DNA of 64,000 nucleotides from a virus. Lineage: Duplodnaviria; Caudoviricetes. The DNA is taken from positions 1 to 64,000 of IMG/VR virus record IMGVR_UViG_3300005714_000005. One strand, 5' to 3'. The position numbers and the translations under genes were made by a program. Under the pieces are notes generated by a model. That model had not been told where the DNA came from, searched no databases, and saw only the letters and a list, made by a program, of their open reading frames with translations. Shown here one piece after another: positions 9,206 to 19,347 of the stretch; position 1 is the stretch's first letter; each line of letters opens with the position of its first letter.

Positions 9206-10216
9206 ATGAAGGGAATCAAAAGAGAAAGAATTGGACAGACTTTCAAAAGTAATCAAGGTTATATTTTTAAAATAGTTGACTATATTAATTCTAAAGAAGT
9301 AATTATAGAATTTCAAGATGAACATAAATATTCTTATACGGTAACATATAGACAGTGTCAACAAGGAAAAGTAAACAATCCCTTCCACAGAACAGTTCGT
9401 GGTGTTGGTTATATTGGGGTTGGCAAATATAAACCTGGTATTGGGAATGGAAAAGTTAGTAGAGAGTATAAAGTGTGGGAAAGAATGTTTGACAGATGCT
9501 ACAACGAGAATACGAGAGAACTTAATAGCACCTATAAAGATTGCAAGGTCTGTAAGCGTTGGCATTGTTACCAAAACTTTGCAGAAGATATAGTTAAAAT
9601 AGAGGGATATGAGTTATGGTTAAATAATCCAAACAAAGGCATAGCCCTCGATAAAGATATAAAGGGTAAAGGCTCAAAACTATATAGTCTTGAAAATTGT
9701 TGCTTCGTTACTATTGCTGAAAATAGCTTAGAAAGAATAACAAGAGTGCCTATGTCTACCCTATCTGTAGTTGGATTTCATATTTACTCAAATGAACAAG
9801 TTAAATACAAGTCACTTCAAGATTTACCCGAGTGTTTCCCAAAAAGCCAAATTAGCTCAGGAATAAAATCAAAGGGTTGGTGTTTCTCAAGTGACTATAT
9901 CTTTATGAAAGAAGATGAAGTTGATATGAGATTAATCAATGAGTTACGCTACACATATGATAAAAGAGTTGTTGTTTTAAAAGCAAGTATAAAAGATATA
10001 ACCATATTTGAGAATCCACAAGAAGTGGTTAAGGCAAAATTAATATCAAGAACTGCAATTGACAGGACTTTGAAAAGAAGGAATTTAAAAATTATTAATG
10101 ATTGCCAGTTCGTTTATCTAAAAGAAATTCCATACATTCATGCTGAGATTGACTCAACAGTTGATTTCCTCAAAATTTACAATGAGGAATATGAAATGAG
10201 TAAAAAGTTAAAATAA
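9206..10216 (+). CDS. Free-standing HNH-type homing endonuclease
   Basis: YKVWERMFDRCY...CKRWHCYQNF...LDKDI...YSLENCCFV. Confidence 0.7.
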   Translation: MKGIKRERIGQTFKSNQGYIFKIVDYINSKEVIIEFQDEHKYSYTVTYRQCQQGKVNNPFHRTVRGVGYIGVGKYKPGIGNGKVSREYKVWERMFDRCYNENTRELNSTYKDCKVCKRWHCYQNFAEDIVKIEGYELWLNNPNKGIALDKDIKGKGSKLYSLENCCFVTIAENSLERITRVPMSTLSVVGFHIYSNEQVKYKSLQDLPECFPKSQISSGIKSKGWCFSSDYIFMKEDEVDMRLINELRYTYDKRVVVLKASIKDITIFENPQEVVKAKLISRTAIDRTLKRRNLKIINDCQFVYLKEIPYIHAEIDSTVDFLKIYNEEYEMSKKLK

Positions 10217-10479
10217 TAGTTGACTTTTATCAACTAAATAGTATATAATAGTGAATGTAAAGAGTAGTTAAAAATATCGTACTTTTCAAAATGGTACAAA
10301 AATGTATAATTTAACTACTCTGTACCAATATTCTATAGGTGTACATTTATGTATTTCTTTGGGCGCTTAAAGAATAGAGCAGAAAGATATATAAACTATA
10401 GCAGAAAGAATTGAAGGAGGTTGCAAAGCAACCCCCTTGTCTAACGACCTAATATTATTGAAAGGAGAGAAATGGGATA

Positions 10480-11313
10480 GTGAGTAAAAAATCAAACTTT
10501 ATCAAAATTAGTGATTCTCTCTTAGAGAATATTAACTATGAAGATGGCTATGAATTAATTTGGATTTTAAATATTCTGAAAGTTGGTAAAGCCTATTATA
10601 CAACTTGGGGAGATACTAAATTCCTAACGACACCTGCCACATTAGTCAATACTATTAAAAACGTTGAAGTTCCTACAAGGAAAATACAACAATCTTTGTT
10701 GACTGCTCTTGAACAACTCAATGAGAAAGAATTGATTTCTATTGAGCAAGATAAATTGACTTGGCAATCTACTATCGAGATTGACTTTAGTAAATTAATT
10801 AAGGTTTCTCATTTGGCAAAGAATGGGGAGTGGTTTGCTATCTTTATGGATGAATTGAATATTTTGTTTAGTCAACCATTTAAAGAAATTGATGATTTAG
10901 CTAAAGCGTATTTCTATATAGTATCAAGACTTAATATGCCAAATGTAGAATCTCTAGTCGAGCATGAAGGTGAATTTACTTTATATGACTTTGAGCAAAA
11001 TGACAACTTTAACTTCACCTTTGTAAGTGATACGATTGATTACATGAGATGCAGAAAGAATTACCGTATAGAATGTGAAAACAATTGGGTAGGCAGAAAG
11101 CAACTATCAGATACTCTCAAGACACTATCAGATATTGGAATGATAAAGTGTGTAACTCGGTCAATTGCTAATGGGTGCAATAAAGGATTGATTACCAAAA
11201 GGAATTTCTACTATCTCCCTTGCATTGAGGATTGGAAAATGGACAAGGTGATTGATAGATATGTTTCACGCAGGAATTGGACTGAAACAAATAAACATAC
11301 CCCTCAGAGCTAA
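10480..11313 (+). CDS. Putative wHTH DNA-binding or replication initiator protein
   Basis: NFIKIS N-terminus; HTH-like GRKQLSDTLKTLSDIGMI; repeat-rich upstream region. Confidence 0.45.
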   Translation: MSKKSNFIKISDSLLENINYEDGYELIWILNILKVGKAYYTTWGDTKFLTTPATLVNTIKNVEVPTRKIQQSLLTALEQLNEKELISIEQDKLTWQSTIEIDFSKLIKVSHLAKNGEWFAIFMDELNILFSQPFKEIDDLAKAYFYIVSRLNMPNVESLVEHEGEFTLYDFEQNDNFNFTFVSDTIDYMRCRKNYRIECENNWVGRKQLSDTLKTLSDIGMIKCVTRSIANGCNKGLITKRNFYYLPCIEDWKMDKVIDRYVSRRNWTETNKHTPQS

Positions 11314-11539
11314 TCTTTTGCCATCTGTGGGGTTTTAATAGTTGAGTCGATAAAATACTAGGGTAGAGAGTAAAGGCTCTCAGATGAGCTAAAAACGAGG
11401 TCTATGACAATGCAACAAGTAGTGAGATTAAAAAAGTTGATAAATTTTAATTATTTGGTTTACTTTTTTAAACCTTATGTATATAATTTAAATGTAGACA
11501 ACAAGAGTTGTCAAATATAAACGAGAGAGGATTGAAAAT

Positions 11540-12457
11540 ATGACTAACACAATGAACATCATTCAAATTGAAAACAAAGGAACACAAGAATTTATGGGGA
11601 AAGAAATCCCTGTTGTTTACGGTGGTTTCGGAAAGGAGCAAAAAGTAATCTTAGCAAAAACCGTGGCAGAGATTCATGATATGAAAGTTGGAAATATTAA
11701 TCAACGAATTAATGAAAATCGCAATCGCTTTAAAGATGGAATTGATATTATTGATTTAAAAATCAGCTATACGCCTGACGTATCGCTAAATTTAGGTTAT
11801 AATCAATCGCAGATTAACGCAAGTAAAAACATCTACCTACTATCAGAACGTGGATATGCTAAATTAATCAAAATCATGGATACTGATTTAGCATGGGAAG
11901 TTCATGATAATCTAATGGACGAATATTTCACAATGCGAGAGATTATTAATTCAAGTGAGCAACTGAAAGCTAGTTTACTTTTATCAATCTACAATGGTGG
12001 ACAAGAAGGAGTTTTGGCTTCTAAGCAATTAACTGAGATTGAAGTTGGCGAAGCTACCAAACCACTACTAGAAACAATCGAGCAACAAAAGCCATGTGTA
12101 GATTATGTTGATGCAGTCATGGCTCAAAAAGATAGCATCTTAGTTCGCCAAGTTTGCAAGATTGCCTATACTGAAAAGCAAATTGAAATTGGGGAAAGAA
12201 AATTATATAACGTATTAAGACATTGGGGATTGGTTTGTGCTAACTCAACTGAACCAACTCAAAAAGCATTAGATAGTGGATATTTAGAAGTTGACTGCAA
12301 AGTAATTAATACTGCCTATGGGGAACGTGAAGTCTATACTACACTTGTTAAGCCTAGAGGTCAAGTTTATATTGTTCAAAAACTAGCTAAATTAACACCA
12401 ACTGAAATTAATGATATTAATAAATCTTTCAATGAGAAAAAGAAGAAAAATAAATAA
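11540..12457 (+). CDS. Antirepressor (ORF6N plus KilA-C/ANT domains)
   Basis: VAEIH...INQRINEN...YLLSERGYAKL; C-terminal IGERKLY...PTQKAL...GQVYI. Confidence 0.85.
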   Translation: MTNTMNIIQIENKGTQEFMGKEIPVVYGGFGKEQKVILAKTVAEIHDMKVGNINQRINENRNRFKDGIDIIDLKISYTPDVSLNLGYNQSQINASKNIYLLSERGYAKLIKIMDTDLAWEVHDNLMDEYFTMREIINSSEQLKASLLLSIYNGGQEGVLASKQLTEIEVGEATKPLLETIEQQKPCVDYVDAVMAQKDSILVRQVCKIAYTEKQIEIGERKLYNVLRHWGLVCANSTEPTQKALDSGYLEVDCKVINTAYGEREVYTTLVKPRGQVYIVQKLAKLTPTEINDINKSFNEKKKKNK

Positions 12458-12561
12458 AAAAATAATAAAGTTTGGTTTACTTTTATAAACCTTGTAAGTA
12501 TAATCTTATTGTAAGGCAACGAGAGAGTTGCTAAATAAAAAAGTGAGAGGAAGATATACAT

Positions 12562-12819
12562 ATGAAAAAAACAACTAACGATAACATTTTAGAAATCATC
12601 GCAGAGGAAATCAACTACAATTTTGAAGATTCAGTTATGGCTCGTGACAAAGGTGAATATTTATATTTAACATTATTAGAAAAACGAGTGCAAGACTGCT
12701 ATGAATTAGAAGAAGCAATGGAAGATGTATTCGATTTTGTAAATGAAGAATTTGATGCAGATATTAATGTTGTAGATTATAATAAACAAACTCTAGCAGT
12801 TGAAGTTTATACATACTAG
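12562..12819 (+). CDS. Acidic hypothetical protein
   Basis: ORF directly upstream of the RNA polymerase, with RBS. Confidence 0.7.
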   Translation: MKKTTNDNILEIIAEEINYNFEDSVMARDKGEYLYLTLLEKRVQDCYELEEAMEDVFDFVNEEFDADINVVDYNKQTLAVEVYTY

Positions 12820-12845
12820 GAGTTGTAACAAGAGGAGGAGAGGAA

Positions 12846-15800
12846 ATGGCAAACCTATACAGCATTAGAAAAATAGTGAAAATTCCTAGCTCAATGCTAA
12901 GCGAATCAAATCCCAAGTGGGAATTGCGAGTAAGTTTGCAAGATTTGAAGTCAAACAACCAAATTATTGGTTTGGCTTCATCTTACATTATTAGAACTCT
13001 TGATGTGATTGCAAATAGTAATTACTCAGAGAATTATGTTGTGGAACTAAAACAAAATATTAAGGCATTGTCAAAGGAAAAGACAAATGTAAAAAGTAGA
13101 CAAGAAATGAAAAAGCTAAACGATGAATTGTTTAGACAACTATACATTCCTCATTTATGTTGTATTCACATTGACAAAGGTAGCCATTATGATAGATTGA
13201 ATAAAGGTTTTAGCATTTGTGTTTATGATGAGGAAACTGGGGAAATTCTAAGTGAGGTTAATTTCAAACGTTTCTTATCAACTTCTGCTTCTATTAAGAA
13301 AAATGAAGTATTCTATATAAATGAAGATTACAAAGAAACCTTAATGAAATATGTAGACTGTGAACGTGATGAAACCATTAAATTTGTTCCTGCTAAATTA
13401 AGTGCCTATCAAGCTCTTACGATGAGTAGTAGTAATCCAGTTACGACTCCATATAACGTTTGCGTTGTTAATGATGTTGAAAGAGAGATTATCACACCCG
13501 TCTTAGAACTAGATGACTCTAAACAAGAAGAGCCTATTGTAACTCAAATAGATGACTATAAAATGAACTTAAATTGTAGTGATGGTTTTGGTTTTATTGA
13601 TGAAGAAATGGCTAGTCAATGGGCAGAGGATTTACACCTGGATTATGTTCCTAGCTCATTCATTACTCGTCATGCTTTCTGCAAAGGTGTATTAGCACGT
13701 TTCCCATATAAAGAATTTGCAAAAGAACATAATATAAAAACTATCACTGACATTTGGGGTAAAGTTTGGGATATTGAAGAAGTTGATATAATCTTGACAA
13801 CCTCAATGTTAAAACTAGCTAACTGTTATTCAAGTTGGGATGATTATTATACAAAAACCCAAAAATATTTATACACTTTTAGCGTAACAAAATATACAGC
13901 TAAGACTTTGGATATGGAAAGAACAACCAACTATCAGTTTATTCAGTCTATGGAATGGACAGATGAAGATATTAAAGGTTTCTTAAAACCAAGCCTAGAT
14001 GAAATCAAGGCTATCAAAGGAGCAGATTGGCAACGTTCTCTCGTCTACCTACGAGGTATGAGCCTAAATGAAGATAGCAAGGTGTTGAGAGATGACTACA
14101 CAAGTGCCTTGATGATTGAACCACGAATTATAGAAGATTCATATGTGAGAACTTCAATTAATAATATGATTAAGAAACGTTTAGACGATTGTAAAAAAGG
14201 AACGATTAAAGTCAGAGGAAATTATCAAACGGTTATCATTGACCCAATTCTCCTTGCCCAAAGTATGTTAGGTTTACCATTGAACCCATTGCTAGGTAAA
14301 GGAGAATACTATAGCAACTTTTGGAATCGACTAGGTGTTGATTATGTTGTATCAATGAGAGCGCCACAAGTTTCATACTCAAATATTGCACGAATGAAAC
14401 TAAAGAATACGGAAGAAATGCAAAAATGGTATCGTTATTTGGGCGAAATGTTTATTCTAAATGGTTGTGACGCAACTTGTGCTAGAATGTCAGGATGCGA
14501 CTGCGATAAATAATGTCACATTGTCGCAGTATAAAACGAGGTGAACCTTACCAGGGGTGTGTAACTTGAAGTTATGCTAACGATGGAAGCCCTAACGTGA
14601 AGTCGAGGGTAATATCGTGCCAAGTCCTAGAGATAGGGAAGGTGTAGAGACTATGGGTGATGAATGTAGCCCAGTACAATCACTATTGGTACGTGGTTGG
14701 AAGTGCCTCGCTATCGTAAGATAGAAGAGATAGTCCATTCCCTATGGAAACATAGGGTAGTAAAGGGTGACACAGTATTTAGCACCGATGATAAATATAT
14801 CATTAAAGGAGCTATGCGAGAAGTATTACCTGTTGTTTGTTTACAGAAATCCGCTTCTAAACAAATTTGTGACGAAAATTCATTTATTGAATCCGATAAA
14901 ATCTTAATCAAAGGTACGGTTGAAGATGTTGGTACGGTTACAAATCGTGCAACAAATATTGAATCATTTAAAGCCAACTTCCCAAGAGATAGTAAAGAAT
15001 GGAAAGAACTTGACTATCGTGTTCAAGCGTGTATTGCAATATCACAGAATTCGATTAACTTTTAGTCGAAGTAAAACTCGGTGAACTCACAAATGCGAGG
15101 TGTATAGCCAACGTATAGGATATGTAGGAAATGGCATATAATGGCTATGCTAACAGGGGAACTCCTAACGTAAAGGCGAGGACAATCCTGTGCTAAGTCC
15201 TAGCAATAGGAAAAGTGCAACGACTATCGAAAAGGTATCTTAGGAGAAAAACCTGAGAGAGCAACTGAGTAGAGTACACTCAAGGTGAAATTCCTTGTTT
15301 GGAAGTGCCGAGGTCTTGCATGTTGGTAACAGAAGTGCAAGATATGATATAGTCTACTCTCTATGGAAACATAGAGTGTCAAGGAGATTGTGCAAAGGGA
15401 ATTAAAATCGAATATGGTTTTCCTAAGTCATGGATATTGCAAAAACCAAACATAATTAGCGATAGAGATACAGAAGAAGAAAAACAACGTAAACAATTTT
15501 ATCAAACTCTTGTTTGTGATAAGAAACCGTATTTCTTCATCTATGTGTATGAACATCTGAAGAAAGAATATAACAAATTAAAACGAGATGAAGATAAACG
15601 TTGCTTAAAGGCTTTTGGCAAAACATTGCAAGAAGTATTAGACAATCCTGAAACTCAAGAAGAAAAAGATGCAGTATTCTACTACAATCGTAAAAAGATT
15701 ATTGATGAGTCACCTAGCGTCATGAATAAGATTGCTTGGTTCGTGGAAGAAGAATTTAAAAAATTCTCATTGCCAAAACCCAAAAAGGACGAATACATAG

Positions 15801-16213
15801 AATTACTAAAATCAGACAAGGCTTATAGCAAAACTACATATAGTAAAATCTTACCTCTTTATGAGGAGTATGTAAAGACAGTTAGAAATTTAAACAATAA
15901 ATTCTTACTTAATAAAACAAGTAGTTCTGAAAAGACATTAATTAGAGAAACTACGTTTAATGAGTTAAAAATTAAAATGTTATCTATTTGTTCAAATGAA
16001 GAAGAATTGTGCAATATCTTAATTGATATTTGCTATAAAAATTCTAAAAATTCAAAACACTTTGCTTGGACAATGTGTGGAGAACAAATTATCAAAAATC
16101 TATTAAGCAAGAATGAAAATAAAGTAAGCTATCCTATCTTGACAGAAAATGAAGAATTTGATTTTGAATACAAAGGCTATAAATTTAGAATGTTTACTAA
16201 GGAGTGTGAATAA
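12846..16213 (+). CDS. yonO: YonO-like single-subunit RNA polymerase; spliced join(12846..14507,14766..15055,15385..16213), ~926 aa
   Basis: Motifs SDGFG, FCKG, SMLK, NYQF, RAP; splicing restores catalytic SGCDCDGD and QNSIDCAKG; frames join exactly. Confidence 0.85.
14508..14765 (+). ncRNA. Group I intron (ORF-less) inside the RNAP catalytic motif
   Basis: P1 actgcgaU/Gtcgcagt; P10 tgtcac/gtgaca; P7 gactat/atagtc; terminal G. Confidence 0.9.
15056..15384 (+). ncRNA. Group I intron (ORF-less), second in RNAP
   Basis: P1 ttcgaU/Gtcgaa; P7 gactat/atagtc; P9 ctctatg-gaaa-catagag; terminal G; restores the frame. Confidence 0.88.
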
Positions 16214-16214
16214 G

Positions 16215-16988
16215 ATGGACATTATAGCTAATGAAGTAAGATATGTTGAAAAGCTATTAACAAACAAAACACTGACAACACGCAAGGCGAGCAAAGAGAT
16301 TAGATTGGTGGCTCAATACCACCTCTCTAATGGCTTATCGGTGGAAGAAGCAACCGAAGAGACCGTAGGTTTTATTAGTCAAGTAAACGGAAACAATAGT
16401 GGTGAAAAGTGGCGAAAAACCATAAATGGCATGATTAAAGACATATTGAAAAAGAATGATTTGAAAATGCGACAAGTAGATACAATTAATTTTACAAAAA
16501 ATGAAATAAAAACAATAGAATCGTTACAAAAGGAATCTCAAAGAAGATATGCATGGGGATTATTGGTTCTATGTAAAGTTGTGAACAATGGTAAGAAAAA
16601 CAAATGGTTGACTATAGAGCATACCAACAAGTTTTGTAAAAAGATAGGGGTTCGAATGTCAACAGTAAAAAATAGGGAGTTGGTATTTCACGAATTAAAA
16701 AATGAACATTTGCTAAAAATATCTAGGCAAACAGGAAATACTAGCATGGAAGTTTTGTATGTGGAAGATGAGGGGGAAATTTTCGCTTCATGCCCAACTT
16801 ATAATCACTTAACTTCCGAAGAAAATTATTTCGAGAATGCAATGAAGCTATATGAGATGATATTTAATGGGGCGAGAGTTTACAAATGTGAAGTTTGCAA
16901 AGCTTATGCTCTAGCCAAAACAAGAACAAAAAAATATTGCGATACTTGTGCTGAAGAGGTGAAAAGAGGGCGAGTTAAGAATGGCTAA
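16215..16988 (+). CDS. Hypothetical protein with C-terminal zinc ribbon, next to RNAP
   Basis: CEVC...YCDTC; coupled to the RNAP stop. Confidence 0.7.
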   Translation: MDIIANEVRYVEKLLTNKTLTTRKASKEIRLVAQYHLSNGLSVEEATEETVGFISQVNGNNSGEKWRKTINGMIKDILKKNDLKMRQVDTINFTKNEIKTIESLQKESQRRYAWGLLVLCKVVNNGKKNKWLTIEHTNKFCKKIGVRMSTVKNRELVFHELKNEHLLKISRQTGNTSMEVLYVEDEGEIFASCPTYNHLTSEENYFENAMKLYEMIFNGARVYKCEVCKAYALAKTRTKKYCDTCAEEVKRGRVKNG

Positions 16989-18018
16989 TGTCTATACTTC
17001 TGAAGAATTAAATAATCTAAGAAATATAAAGATGATTATCTATATAATAACTAATCTCCTCAATCAAAAGAAATACGTGGGGCAAACTTCACGAACTTTT
17101 AATGAAAGATATAAAGGCTCGGGAGTTGGTGTTTTCAGAGTAAAGGGGTGTGAATCCAACTCACACCTTGCCTCTGCCATTCAAAAATACGGTGCAGATA
17201 ATTTTAAGGTTGAAATTATAGAGGTCTGTGGAACTAAAGAAGAATTGAACGAAAGAGAAAAATATTATATTGAGTTATATGACACAACAAATCCCCAAAA
17301 GGGATATAACTACTGCGAAGGTGGCGGTAGTGGCGTTCGCAATATCACAAGAGATTCAAAAAGAAAAAAGATATTGAAACAACACCAAGAGTTGAAACCA
17401 CAGACTTTTGCAAATTATTTGAAGAAATTAAAAATTAATGGACTATCAGAAGAAACTGTTCTTTCTGAAATTTTAGAAACTCCTCTATTTATAGAAAATG
17501 TAAAAGGCGAAGTAAAATATTTTTCTTCTCTTTCCAAGTTTCAAAAATCATTAGGAAAGAAAGAACAAAACATTGTGAAATTGCATTACTTCTATAAAGT
17601 TTCAAGAAATGAAATAAATAAAGAGCTTTACAAAACAAAATTTTATCCCTACACCTTTTATAGAGAAGATGAAGTCAACCTTCCTCAACATATAGTAAAA
17701 ATAAAAACTCAATTAGAACAAAAGAGAAAAGAAAAGCAGGAGAAAGATAAGATAGCCAACGATTTGTTAAACACAATTACTTATCTATTAGAAAAACATG
17801 GGGAGTGGGAAGTGTGGGAGGAAGAAACGATAGAGCGTGTAGTCATAACAAAACGTGGTTGGGTAGTTCAAGAAGATAAATACGAACAATACTTACAAGA
17901 CTTGATAAAAGTAGTAGAAGAAAGTCACCCTTATTATTGGGATTTAATATTTAAAGAGGGTGATGATTGGAAAATCAACTTCTTTCTAATTGACTTTTAT
18001 AATAAAATTTACAAATAA
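16981..18018 (+). CDS. GIY-YIG homing endonuclease (free-standing)
   Basis: IIYIITN...KYVGQT...LNEREKYYI...GYN. Confidence 0.85.
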   Translation: MANVYTSEELNNLRNIKMIIYIITNLLNQKKYVGQTSRTFNERYKGSGVGVFRVKGCESNSHLASAIQKYGADNFKVEIIEVCGTKEELNEREKYYIELYDTTNPQKGYNYCEGGGSGVRNITRDSKRKKILKQHQELKPQTFANYLKKLKINGLSEETVLSEILETPLFIENVKGEVKYFSSLSKFQKSLGKKEQNIVKLHYFYKVSRNEINKELYKTKFYPYTFYREDEVNLPQHIVKIKTQLEQKRKEKQEKDKIANDLLNTITYLLEKHGEWEVWEEETIERVVITKRGWVVQEDKYEQYLQDLIKVVEESHPYYWDLIFKEGDDWKINFFLIDFYNKIYK

Positions 18019-18121
18019 CAACTAAAAAAGTAAAAGTGTAAAATTTCACAACCCCTTATAAACGTTGGTATTACCATGTTTTTAAGGGGTTTTATTTTAA
18101 AAAGTGCAACTCTATTTACAT

Positions 18122-18302
18122 GAGTACATATATAGTAGCAATTGCACATTATGTACTCCATCTCTCATTACTTAACAACACTCCTATTTATTTTTACTGT
18201 TTTTCATACACTCTCAATCCTTTCACAACCACTAGACCTTTATCTAGTGGTCTCCTAAAATAACCAACTAAGTTCCTCTCTCCTCTTGGTTGGTTATTTT
18301 AG
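18122..18302 (+). ncRNA. Candidate sRNA cluster with anti-RBS segments
   Basis: Three hairpins plus C/U-rich linkers complementary to RBS+ATG sequences. Confidence 0.5.
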
Positions 18303-18323
18303 AAGTTATAAAGGAGGAATACT

Positions 18324-18872
18324 ATGGCAAAGACAGATAACCCTTGTCCACAGATTGAATTTATCCGATTACTAGCTTCTAAGTTAAATGTAACCATAGA
18401 GGTTGCAGAATTTATTTACAAAACCTATGGAGTAGTAGGGTTGGAATTAATGCAACAATACAATTCATTAAAGATAACACCTTACATATTCCTAGAGCGT
18501 AAGAACTCCCCTAGTCGTGATTATTTCAATATTCACACAGGAGAATATGAGCAAACAGAATCCAAAGATAGGCTATATGCTAGAGTGTCACATACCAATC
18601 GTGATGTTGACCAAGCTATGAGGCACATAGATATATACGAGGAAATGTTGGCTAGACAAGAAATGTATGAAGCTCAGAAAGAGCAAGAACGTCTACTCAA
18701 AGAGAAAGAGGCTAAACGTGAAAAACGTAATCGTCAAGCTCGTACAAGAAGACGTAAGAAAAATCAACGTGCTAAGAAGAAAGCGATAGAGCGATTAATC
18801 CACTATGAGGTAATTTACCACCAAGAGGAGCAACGTAAATATCGCAAGGAATTAGACCAACGTAGAAAATAA
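18324..18872 (+). CDS. HU/IHF-like DNA-binding protein with basic tail
   Basis: EFIRLLASKL...RDYFNIHTGE arm-like motif; Arg/Lys-rich C-terminus. Confidence 0.6.
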   Translation: MAKTDNPCPQIEFIRLLASKLNVTIEVAEFIYKTYGVVGLELMQQYNSLKITPYIFLERKNSPSRDYFNIHTGEYEQTESKDRLYARVSHTNRDVDQAMRHIDIYEEMLARQEMYEAQKEQERLLKEKEAKREKRNRQARTRRRKKNQRAKKKAIERLIHYEVIYHQEEQRKYRKELDQRRK

Positions 18873-18900
18873 AATTTGAAGCAAAGGGAGAAATTTGAAT

Positions 18901-19137
18901 ATGGCAAAGAAAACTGTAAATATCAAACAAACTTCAACAGACAAAGTAGAAGTAGTAGCAACAGGAAAATTAATTTTGTCAGAAGAAAATGCTTTAACAT
19001 TAGACACACCTGACTACGGTGTTGTTGATATTAATAAAATTGCAACAGAATTAAATTTATTTGGTCAAATTATCGAAGTGAAATTAACACTCAAAGATGA
19101 GGAAATTTCAGAAATCGATTTGCTCGAAATTTGCTAA
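18901..19137 (+). CDS. YonK-like small protein
   Basis: MAKK...GKL... acidic C-terminus; SPbeta-like position. Confidence 0.5.
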   Translation: MAKKTVNIKQTSTDKVEVVATGKLILSEENALTLDTPDYGVVDINKIATELNLFGQIIEVKLTLKDEEISEIDLLEIC

Positions 19138-19191
19138 TAAAATAAACAGAACTTAGCCACACCTCTTTTTGGTGTGGTTTTTATATTACAA

Positions 19192-19330
19192 TCTTCAACT
19201 CTCTTAGATTGGGAGTTGGTATAGGTATTCAAGTCATTCCCAACTCAAAATGCCCTCTAAAAGCATGACTTGAATATCTATACCAACTTCTTTTTGCTTT
19301 TAGAGGGCAAGAAATCTAAAGAGTTGGAGA
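19192..19330 (+). promoter_or_regulatory. Structured leader with alternative long helices
   Basis: 27-bp, 15-bp and ~18-bp complementary segments upstream of the RBS. Confidence 0.7.
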
Positions 19331-19347
19331 AAGAGGTTTTACATTTT

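Noticed and set aside
14697-16213. ORFs 14697-15065 and 15437-16213 as independent genes
   Set aside because: They are exons 2 and 3 of the RNA polymerase; 23637 and 33123 are likewise exons of nrdE and terL
18269-18288. Specific pairing of the 18255 hairpin with the RNAP RBS (CAAGAGGAGGAGAGGAA)
   Set aside because: The 16-nt match needs a bulge, is low-complexity purine sequence and partly uses stem bases; not distinguishable from generic anti-SD pairing
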